Positions 33,488-64,000 of a stretch of 64,000 nt of DNA are shown in pieces. Below the pieces are notes generated by a model. The model did no database searches. It worked only from the letters and a program-made list of their open reading frames with translations, and was not told the DNA's origin. The stretch's first letter is position 1. Every line of letters begins with the position of its first letter. The stretch lies in NCBI GenBank assembly GCA_002269645.1, contig NIVC01002345.1:1-64000 (forward strand), written 5' to 3'. This DNA is from Macrostomum lignano (lineage: Eukaryota). A program made the position numbers and the translations under genes.

Positions 33488-36384
33488 CCCCCCGCCAGTG
33501 GCGACGCCATTCCTTGAATGAAATCAAACTGAAGAGTCTCCGGCCGAAGATTTAATTAAGATTTATGACTGCTGTTACCAAAAGGCACTAGCAGCCGTTC
33601 CTTGTTATAAGTACCTTGTAAAGATAGTCCGGCACTATAAAAATTTGTTTATGATACAGCTAGTCCATCTGCTTGGTTCTGGTTAGAATCCACATATAAT
33701 TAGATACGGCGATGGAACATGGACCTTGCTGAAAACTATTTTATACGATGCCCGCTGATCCTATTATTTAGTACTCTTTTTTGTTGTTTTCATCGCATAA
33801 GCCATTAATTAGCCCGCATTCAGGGCTTTATTTGCGTGTACGCGTAGCCAAAAAAACGTTTTCTGCTTGGAACGCAACAATCTAGCTTATATTGACGATA
33901 AAAAAGTAAAAAAATATGAGTACACTAATTATATGAAGTTTAGTTATTAAGCGTTTTGTATGACGGATTAAAACACGAAAAGTTTAGCTTTATGCCGGAC
34001 AATTCTGCGTTTATTTTTTTTTCGGTTTGTCTTAATTTAGCTTAGAAGGCAGAGACGGTTATGTAATTCTGTTCTGGAATTGTGTTTGCCTGCAAGAGGG
34101 GTTCGATATTTTAAAATGGTGCTAAGTTGCTATGATTTAACGCTGCTATAAAGATCTGCCTATTGTTAGGGCATTTATTATTTAGCAGAAGCGATAATAT
34201 TCGCAGAAAGCAGTTATTTCGAGTTATTCATAAAAAGCTGATTAATATAGTACATGTTCGCAGATATAAAGGTGACTTTAGTGACACACTAAAAGCATCT
34301 GGAGTAAGGCAAGCGTAGTTTTAAAAGAAGATCTCAAACCGATTTAACACAGTGCTTGCGGGAATTTTTAATTTGCTACAAACGCGCTCAGATATAAGTT
34401 GCGTGCAGAAAACGCAGATTTCAAGATTATTCAACGAAAAGCTTTATTATTAAAAAAGCGACGAGAGAATTTCTATTATTGTTGCATTAGTCAGTTTTTG
34501 CATTAGAAATCAGCTGGAAATTGGACCAGACAGAGGTTATGCGATTAACAAGTTATAACTATAGGGGCATAGTTAATATTAATAGCCAAAAGACAAATAA
34601 AGTACTCAACTTTTGTTCGTAGTACAGTAGTTATATTATAGATTTGTATTTAATTTACTCTTTTTTAGATTTCGGTGCCACTTTTATTATTTTTATTAAT
34701 TTTAGGATTTCCTCAAACTATTGTCTCATTATTTTTCGCATTATAATGACTTTCTAACCAACAAAATCCAAACAGATTTTTAAAGATTTCCGCGCAATGT
34801 AAAAAAAGATCTTCGAGCTCATATGTAAGATTCACGGTATTAAATTTTGTGAACAAGTTACACGAGCTATCACTGAGTAGACAATTAGAGCGAATTTGTC
34901 AATCAAAGAAATTTTTTACCATAATAAGCGAGTTCGTCAATTTATATATAATACGACACAGTAAAAAAACAACATACCTGTACGGTTTTAAACAAAAAAC
35001 TATAAACTGGTGGCAAAAAAGCAGCTCATGTATTATGAGGAGTCAAAAACCGGCAAACAAGGCGAGTGGCAGGGATTTGCAATTACATGCGCTATTAATT
35101 TTCCACTAACCTGCATATTAGCGATAAATAAGTGGCAAAAGCGGTTAAGTGTAAAATAAAATTGCTGGATTTTGGAAATAAATAGTTAATAAACAAGCAC
35201 GCTGCGAGTTTGACGCGGGACGATAAATATTGCACGGGATTAAAAAATCACAACACAAAAAGCAACACCTGAACGATTTTTTGACTAAAATGTTTTTATA
35301 TAGAATTTTGATCAAACCATAGCTTTGAATACTTCAATAATTTAATGATAAAAATTGTAATAGGCATTAAAACAACTGATCATTCGCTTTGATACTACTG
35401 GCATGAGTAGAATATATGCAATGCGTGTATAAATAATAGAAACTTGCATTCGATAAGCATGCCGCAAGCAATTTAAGCAATTAGCCAAGCTCGAAGATAC
35501 GGAAATAAAAACTGTCCTCTTAGCAAGCCGATAGGTGACTTGGCGTAAAATATACGCGGATTCGTTCTGGGCATGGGCACTCGGGATACCCAACTTTATA
35601 CTGCTTTTGGGCTTGTAAAAAATAAATAAATTTTTAATGGCTGCGGAACTTTGATCTGTTGAAAAGAACATATTTAATTAAAAAATTATCATATCGTCAT
35701 TTTAGCCCGGAGAAGTTGTTAACAAAAGATAGTTTAAGAAACTAATAATTTAAAAAAAGTCTAAGAAAATTTCTAACTTCGGTAAATTTGTATCCTTCGC
35801 ACTATTAAGTTTGACTTGATCGTGAGATTAGTAAACTATAAAGTCTTATTTAAGTTTGTATGAACTCTCATATGAAACGATCACTTAAACCTCGAGACGA
35901 ATTGGTCTAAACTGGCATATCCGGGCATCACTCCGCGGCGCTGCAGTTCTCTGAAATTGTTGAGTAAAAATGAGCAGATTTTAATTTTTTACTATTTTGT
36001 ATTGTATAGTTTTCTGACTAATTACTTTTGGCTTTTAAGGTTATGAAAAAGGTAGATTAGATCGATTAATGATTTTTAGACTGCTTATGGACAGCTGAGT
36101 TTTCATTGTTACTACAGGTGTCAATCATGCAGGATGGACGAGAAAGTAATTTAGGATGTCATAGATATAAAATGGAGAATGTCTGATTATATCAGAGGAT
36201 GTCAGACGATAGAGAATGGATCAGATGTTTTAGTTTCGGAGCTGATACCAGAGGACAGGATATCAGGGAATGGCAAATGATGTCAGATGTAACTATAGAT
36301 TGCAGTTCATGCCAAAGAGCGCCAATCGATATCGGGAGATGGCGGATAACAAATTCTAGGAATGATGTCAGTGTTCGATGGATA

Positions 36385-56107
<19,723 letters not shown>

Positions 56108-56829
56108 GACTTTGCGAGGCTGTTTATTTAGATTTTTAGATTGTCAGTAATATTTATCGTCGGTATAGTTATTTTGATGCAGATAGTATCGTCTGAAACT
56201 GTGTTTTCGGGACTATGAGTCAGTGTCGTTTCGTGATAATTTTATCAATGCTGTTTAATAGAACAAAGAGGACCTTTTAAATACTCGTACAGTAGGTGGA
56301 ATTTCTGGGGGCGGGTTGGGTTTTGCTTGCCGCGTAGCCCGCAAAGTTCCAGGCTAATATAAAGCTTTAGGGGGCCTTCAATATTGGCTGGGCTGATGAG
56401 GGACACAGGGGTAGGAGTGGGTTGGGACAAGGGGTAAAGAGCTCTGGCTTCCAGCGAGCCCCATAATTTTGTCGAAATGTCTACACTCCATCCTACACTA
56501 AAATATCCTATACAGTCCTTCCCCTAGCTGTATCAGCTTGTCTCTTGTCTCACCCCCACCCCACCAGCAGCGGAGGTCATTCAGAGGGTAGGCTATGTGA
56601 TGGATGAATCAGTGGGTAGATATGGGTGTTATGCCTGCTATATTAGCATATTATTTACTCTTGAACAGCTGGAATAAATGAATCGATAGTTGTCATATTT
56701 TTTTGTATTAGCCCTGGTTGCCCTGGTTTCAGACATGACCTTCCAGTGACCCTGGCAACCTCACGCGACTCTTTAGGATTGTTGTCATTTGGCTAAGATT
56801 GATTCTGTGTAGAGTAACGTTGGGTCCAA

Positions 56830-58680
56830 CTTTAGATGATCTCTTGATCCCGATTCTGACACCACTGATCCCGTTCTGACACCACTGATCCCGATCCTGA
56901 CACCACTGATCCCGATCCTGACACCACTGATCCCGATCCTGAGACCACTGATCCTGATCCTGACACCACTGATCCCGATCCTGACACCACTGATCCCGAT
57001 CCTGACACCACTGATCCCGATCCTGACATCACTGATCCCTAATCCCGATCCTGACTCCATTGATCCCGATTCTGACGCCACTGATCCCGATCCTGACACC
57101 ACTGATCCCGATTCTAACACCACTGATCCCTGATCCCGATCCTGACACCACTGATCCCGATCCTGACACCACTGATCCCGATCCTGACACCACTGATCCC
57201 GATCCTGACACCACTGATCCCGATCCTGACACCACTGATCCCGATCCTGAGACCACTGATCCTGATCCTGACACCACTGATCCCGATCCTGACACCACTG
57301 ATCCCGATCCTGACACCACTGATCCCGATCCTGACATCACTGATCCCTAATCCCGATCCTGACTCCATTGATCCCGATTCTGACGCCACTGATCCCGATC
57401 CTGACACCACTGATCCCGATTCTAACACCACTGATCCCTGATCCCGATCCTGACACCACTGATCCCTGATCCCGATCCTGACACCACTGATCCCGATCCT
57501 GACACCACTGATCCCGATCCTGACACCACTGATCCCGATCCTGACACCACTGATCCCGATCCTGACACCACTGATCCCGATCCTGACACCACTGATCCCG
57601 ATCCTGACACCATTGATCCCGATCCTGACATCACTGATCCCGATCCTGACACCACTGATCCCAATTCTGACACCACTAATCCCGATCCTGACACCACTGA
57701 TCCCGATCATGACACCACTGATCCCGATCATGACACCACTGATCCCGATCCTGACACCACTGATCCCGATCATGACACCACTGATCCCGATCATGACACC
57801 ACTGATCCCGATCATGACACCACTGATCCCGATCCTGACACCACTAATCCCGATCCTGACACCATTGATCCCGATCCTGACACCATTGATCCCGATCCTG
57901 ACACCACTAATCCCGATCCTGACACCACTGATCCCGATCCCGACACCACTGATCCCGATTCTGACACCACTGATCCCGATCCTGACACCACTGATCCCGA
58001 TCCTGACACCACTGATCCCGATCCTGACATCACTGATCCCTAATCCCGATCCTGGCACCATTGATCCCGATCCTGACACCACTGATCCCGATCCTGACAC
58101 CACTGATCCCGATCCTGACACCACTGATCCCGATCCTGACACCACTGATCCCGATCCTGACACCACTGATCCCGATCCTGACACCACTGATCCGATCCTG
58201 ACACCACTGATCCCGATCCTGACACCACTGATCCCGATCCTGACACCACTGATCCCGATCCTGACACCACTGATCCCGATCCTGACACCACTGATCCCGA
58301 TCCTGACACCATTGATCCCGATTCTGACATCACTGATCCCGATCCTGACACCACTGATCCCAATTCTGACACCATTGATCCCGATCCTGACACCACTGAT
58401 CCCGATCCTGACATCATTGATCCCGATCCTGACATCACTGATCCCGATCCTGACATCACTGATCCCGATCCTGACACCACTGATCCCAATTCTGACACCA
58501 TTGATCCCGATCCTGACACCACTGATCCCGATCCTGACATCATTGATCCCGATCCTGACATCACTGATCCCGATCCTGACATCACTGATCCCGATCCTGA
58601 CACCACTGATCCCGATCCTGACACCATTGATCCCGATTCTGATACCACTGATCCCCTGCTGGATCCTGATTCTGACACAA
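56830..58680. repeat. 21-bp minisatellite (GATCCCGATCCTGACACCACT)n, ~85 copies, upstream of Lgl
   Basis: Clear 21-bp period with occasional 1-bp indels. Confidence 0.97.
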
Positions 58681-59104
58681 CAGATCTCAAATATGAAACC
58701 CCTCTTGCTCCATTTTTACCGCCTTTGTCTACAAGAAATTTGCTAGAAAAGTCTGCTGAATTCAGTAGAAGCAATTAGTAATAAGGGTTTTTCCTATACC
58801 CACTGTACTAATTTAGGCGAGGATGCAATTAGGCGGTGCAATGGATTGGAAGAGACTGCGGCGGGGGTTGTGGTTGCTATTCGACTTACTGTCTGGAAGG
58901 CTCTCTATCTATCTAATACCCATAGCCAGCTTCCTGTAGCTGCCGCTTAGGGGAAAACTAGCAATCTTTGCCCCCCGTTGGGGGACATCTATATAGAGTC
59001 TCTGTTCTCTACAAGTAAGTAACAAAAAAATAGCGAAATAAAGCCTTCACAAAGAAAACAGACAAAATACTCAAATGAAGTGCAATGCAAAAAGAAATCA
59101 TCGC

Positions 59105-59490
59105 AAGACAGCAAGCATCCCCCAGATAGTAAGCATCCCCCAGATAGCAAGCATCCCCCAGATAGCAAGCATCCCCCAGATAGCAAGCATCCCCCAGATA
59201 GCAAGCATCCCCCAGATAGCAAGCATCCCCCAGATAGCAAGCATCCCCCAGATAGCAAGCATCCCCCAGATAGCAAGCATCCCCCAGATAGCAAGCATCC
59301 CCCAGATAGCAAGCATCCCCCAGATAGCAAGCATCCCCCAGATAGCAAGCATCCCCAGATAGCAAGCATCCCCCAGATAGCAAGCATCCCCCAGATAGCA
59401 AGCATCCACAGATAGCAAGCATCCCCCAGATAGCAAGCATCCCCAAGATAGATAGCATCCCCAAATAGCAAGCATCCACCAGACAATAAG
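59105..59490. repeat. Homogeneous 18-bp minisatellite (CCCCCAGATAGCAAGCAT)n inside Helitron copy B
   Basis: About 20 near-perfect units. Confidence 0.95.
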
Positions 59491-59579
59491 TAGCTAGTGC
59501 GACAATTTCTTTAGCATTATAGCGGCTCCTTTAAAATTCACTTACTTTTACATTTGAAATTGTGTATATTTTATGTTTA

Positions 59580-62100
59580 ACAGGGTGGCTCTTTTATGTT
59601 CTACATTGTGGCTCTTTTTTGTTCAACATGGTAACTCTTTTATGTTTGATACGGTGGCTTCCAATGTCTGACATGGTGGCTCTTCTATGTTTGACATGGT
59701 GGCTCTTCTATGTTTGACAAAGTGGCTCTTTAATGTTCGACATGGTGGCTCTTTAACGTTCGACATGGTGGTGCTTTAATGCTCAACATGGTGGCTCTTT
59801 ATTGTTTGACATGGTGGCTCTTTAATGTTCTACATTGTGGCTCTTTAACGTTCGACAGGGTGGCTCTTTAATGTTTGACATGGAGTCATGTATGTGTTAG
59901 ACATGGAGTCATGTATATATTTGGCATGGAGTCACATATATGCTTTACATGGTGGCTCTTTAATGTTCGACATGGTGGCTCTTTAACGTTCAACATGGTG
60001 ACACTTTAATGTCTGAAATGATGGCTCTTTAATGTTTGACATGGAGTCACGTATACGCTTGACATGGTGACTCGTTAATGTTTGACATGGTGGCTCTTTA
60101 ACGTTCGACATGGTGGCTCTTTAATGTTAGACATGGTGGCTCTTTAATGTTTTACATGGTGGCTCTTTTATGTTCGACATGGTGGCTCTTTAACGTTCGA
60201 CATGGTGGCTCTTTAATGTTGCATGTTGGACATGGTGGCTCTTTAATGTTCGACTTGGAGTCACATATATGTTAGACATGGTGGCTCTTTAATGTTGGAC
60301 ATGGTGGCTTTTTAATGTTCGACATGGTGACACTTTAATGTCTGAAATGATGGCTCTTTAATGTTTGACATGGAGTCACGTATACGCTTGACATGGTGAC
60401 TCGTTAATGTTTGACATGGTGGCTCTTTAACGTTCGACATGGTGGCTCTTTAATGTTAGACATGGTGGCTCTTTAATGTTTTACATGGTGGCTCTTTTAT
60501 GTTCGACATGGTGGCTCTTTAACGTTCGACATGGTGGCTCTTTAATGTTCGACATGGAGTCACATATATGTTGGACATGGTGGCTCTTTAATGTTGCATG
60601 TTGGACATGGTGGCTCTTTAATGTTAGACATGGTGGCTCTTTAATGTTCGACATGGAGTCACATATATGTTGGACATGGTGGCTCTTTAATGTTGCATGT
60701 TGGACATGGTGGCTCTTTAATGTTAGACATGGTGGCTCTTTAAATTTTTTTCATGGTGGCTCTTAAATGTTTGACATGGTGGCTCTTTATTATTTGACAT
60801 GGTGGCTCTTTAATGTTTGACATGGTGGTTCTTTAATGTTCGACATGGTGGCTCTTTAATGTTCAACGTGGTGGCTCTTTAATGTTCGAAAAAGTGGCTC
60901 CTTTATGTTTGACATGGTGGCTCTTTAATGTTTGACATGGTGGCTCTTTAATGTTTGACATTGTAGCTCTTAAATGTTCGACATGGTGGTTCTTTTACGT
61001 TTGACATGGTGGCTCTTAAATGTTTGACATTGTAGCTCTTAAATGTTCGACATGGTGGTTCTTTTACGTTTGACATGGTGGCTCTTTAATTTTCGACATG
61101 TTGGCTCTTTTATGTTTGACATGGTAGCTCTTTAATTTTCGACAAAGTGGCTCTTTAATGTTTGACATGGTGGCTCGTTAATGTTTGACATGGTAGCTCT
61201 TTAATTTTCGACATGTCGGCTCTTTTATGCTTGACATGGCAGCTCTTTAATGTTCGACATGGTGGTTCTTTATTGTTAGACATGGTGGCTCTTTTATGTT
61301 TGACATGGTGGCTCTTTTATGTTTGACATGGTGGCTTTGTCACGTTCGACGTGGTGGCTCTTTAAAGTTTGACATGGTGGCTTTTTTATGTTTGACATGG
61401 TAGCTCTTTAATGTTCGACATGGTGGCTCTTTTAAGTATGACAAAGTGGCTCTTTAATTTTTGACATGGTGGCTCTTTAATGTTTGACATGGTGGCTCTT
61501 TAATGTTCGAAATGTCGGTTCTTTTACATTTGAAATGGTGGCTGTTTAATGTTCGAAAAAGTGGTTCTTTATTGTTAGACATGGTGGCTCTTTTATGCTT
61601 GACATGGTGGCTCTTTTATGCTTGACATGGTGGCTTTTTCACGTTCGACGTGGTGGCTCTTTAAAGTTTGACATGGTGGCTTTTTTATGTTTGACATGGT
61701 AGCTCTTTAATGTTTGACATGGTGGCTCTTTTAAGTATGACAAAGTGGCTCTTTAATTTTTGACATGGTGGCTCTTTAATGTTTGACATGGTGGCTCTTT
61801 AATGTTCGACATGTCGGTTCTTTTACGTTTGACATGGTGGCTCTTTAATGTTCGACATGGTGGTTCTTTTACGTTTGACATGGTGGCTCTTTAATGTTCA
61901 ACATGTCGGTTCTTTTACGTTTGACATGGTGGCTCTTTTATGTTTGACATGGAGTCACGTATATATGTTTTACATGGAGTCACAAATATGTTTGACATGG
62001 TGGCTTTTTAATGCTTGACATGGTGGCTCGTTTATGTTTGGCATGGTGGCTCTTTAATGTTCGACATGGTGCCACTGATATGTTTGACATTGTGCTTCTT
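59580..62100. repeat. 23-bp satellite (GACATGGTGGCTCTTTAATGTTY)n, ~105 copies, inside Helitron copy B
   Basis: 23-bp period; duplicated sub-blocks at ~60000 and ~60329. Confidence 0.95.
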
Positions 62101-62154
62101 TTATGTTTAGCAGTTTCATGTTTTCAAGGTGTTTTAATAAAAAAATTTTTTTGC

Positions 62155-62215
62155 ACTACTAAGATTCGAACCCAGGTCGCTACATTAGCATTCCAGTCTG
62201 TTCGCATCTGGGCTA
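62155..62215 (-). other. tRNA-derived (SINE-head-like) segment with Pol III A- and B-box-like motifs inside the Helitron; not an intact tRNA
   Basis: Minus strand reads TAGCCCAGATGCG (A-box-like)...ATGCTAA loop...CTGGG-TTCGAAT-CTTAG (T-arm/B-box). No acceptor stem. Homologue at 7684-7740. Confidence 0.6.
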
Positions 62216-64000
62216 TCTCTTTTCAATTGGAGTACATCAATTGTGGCCCTTATAATTCAATTCTTACAGCAAGTCAATTAGAGTAAAAAGTTATGACATA
62301 ATCAATTTCTCAGTCAGCCAGTATCAGTTTCAATTCAAGTTAGCAATATTGGTTACGCAATTTAAATCAAGTCGTGTGTGCATTTCTTCGGCACTGTTTT
62401 CTACTTGTTGTGATGCAATCTTTATCAGAATTGAAATTCAGCCAGTCAGTTTTTTCTCTAGCATTCTTACAATGCATTTCAGGTCGAAAGAGCTGCTTGA
62501 CCTTTGCAAAAAAGCATGTTTTTCGAATATTTAATCCCTTTAATATATAGCAATTTCTTAGCCAAGATGCATGTACCGTCCCAGGAGAATTTCTGATCGA
62601 ATGGTGCAAGTTTGAAGAAAATCGGTTGAGCCATTTTTTCTGAAATCTATCGCATACCCACAGACAACTCATTTTTAGTATATAGGATGGGAGATGGAGA
62701 GATAGAGGCTAACGGAGCTAGGATGGAGAGATGTAGCGATAAGGAATTTTCCTCCTGGGGGCGATACGATTGGGTTGGCGCCGGCCCCACGCGGCAAGCG
62801 CTGTTTGTTGACGGACATTTTTGGTTGCAGCTGTGCCGCGGCGTAAGCTTGTATGCGATTTTTCGGTGTTGTTATTTTGAATTGCGACATTTAGTATTGT
62901 TTTTATTGATAGTAAAGTTGATTATTCAAGAATTAATTCCATAAAAACCGGCACCAAGTGTAGCAATGAAGTTCTTTGACCAGAGTAATTGCTTTAAAAC
63001 TCTCTACTTGATTGTATTTTAACCACAGAGACGAGCCTTGAACAGTTGGCTTGACTTGTTGGCAGTCCCCTTGATTGGCTGGTCGAGGGCAAGTTACGTT
63101 CTATTCGAAAGATTCTCTTTATTAGTTCCTTTTGTGTCAGAGCTCCGTGGCTGGCAGCATTTTTTTTCTATTTAAAAATAGAAGTTGCCAGTGCTGGAAG
63201 TCAGTCGGCTAGGGAGATTCGTGGCGCACTGGCTGAGGTCGCTTCCAGTCTCCTCAGCGGCTGGTGGGTGGCTGATCGTTTCATGCAGTCCCAGCGATAG
63301 CAGCAAAAGGCAAACAAAATCCCCACAGAAAAAGCAAATTCTCCTCGATTGCGGGGCGTGCACAATCTTCAAAAGATCTTATTTTATCGCAGATGAAAAA
63401 ATACGCAAGACTGAGTAACCGACGGAAGGGTTAAAAGAGAGGGGAATTAATATATCCCCTAGTGTATGGGAAATCTCGTAATGGGATTATAGTACATACG
63501 GCTCGTATAGGTAATCATAATAAACAAAATATAATAACCCTAATATAAAAATATAATTAAATCAGTTTCAAGGACATTGAGCACTATACATGTATTAATT
63601 TGCATGATGACAATTTCCTAAATTATTAATAGCTTAAATTTAACTATTAAACTATTCAATCTAGACATAAATGACTCTTTCACTACATCAACTCATCAGA
63701 GCTATCCGGATAGATGCGGTTAATATATGCCCGGCTTTGCTTAAAATGCAATTTTAGGGTCATGCTTGACTGCATAATGTTCTAAATAAAATTTTGCATA
63801 GAATGAAAAATTGTAAATATGATTCTTTTATGGTATCAGAGACATTTAAAAGACCAAACTCTTATTTAAATTGTATTAAAAAAGCATTTTTCAATATAAA
63901 AATGATAGAAAATGAAGTTTCCCTTTCTGCAGAGAAGATTAACCGCGATAACGAGCACATAGAGCTACTCTAAAATAAGATACCCATAAACAGTTCAAGG

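Larger units (their letters stand above)
58958..62687 (-). mobile_element. Intact-ended non-autonomous Helitron, copy B, 3730 bp
   Basis: Minus strand: 5' TCCTATATACTAAAAATG (62687). 3' hairpin TGTCCCCC-AAC-GGGGGGCA ends 11 nt before terminal CTAG (58958). Inserted between host A and T with no TSD. Subterminal CACAGACA motif. No Rep/helicase ORF. Confidence 0.88.

Noticed and set aside
56785-58774. Long ORFs with DPDPDTT, IPILTPL or SGSGSVV repeats
   Set aside because: All frames of a 21-bp repeat are open, 1-bp indels switch frames within the array, and there is no unique coding flank.
59580-62100. CRISPR-like appearance of the 23-bp array (also the 30-, 33- and 34-bp arrays)
   Set aside because: Units are head-to-tail with no unique spacers, there are no cas genes, and the context is eukaryotic.
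62155-62222. Functional tRNA-Ser(GCT) gene
   Set aside because: No acceptor stem, mismatched D and anticodon stems, no long variable arm, and it is embedded in a Helitron.

Overview
Animal genomic DNA with spliceosomal GT-AG introns, GC-rich poly-Q/poly-A exons, AT-rich intergenic DNA and very dense mini/microsatellites. The style suggests a flatworm such as Macrostomum; that is inference only. Three protein-coding genes can be modelled by hand: a 5-exon SNRK-family kinase (+, 8938-14062), a peptide-type class A GPCR (-, 19308-20627) and a 7-exon lethal giant larvae (Lgl) gene (-, 36385-56107, about 1294 aa). Mobile DNA comprises two decayed LINEs, a full-length DD37E Tc1/mariner element with two stops, two copies of one non-autonomous Helitron, and three MITE-like inverted-repeat elements. 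The most striking observation is in SNRK: a predicted 29-nt mini-exon ends in an in-frame TAG, and the next exon continues in frame for 217 codons to a CaaX-like end, suggesting readthrough or amber editing (alternative splicing is not excluded). Also notable is a Helitron family that carries a tRNA-like Pol III head and different satellite cargo in each copy. No rRNA, intact tRNA or CRISPR array was seen. Most long ORFs in the track are tandem-repeat artefacts.
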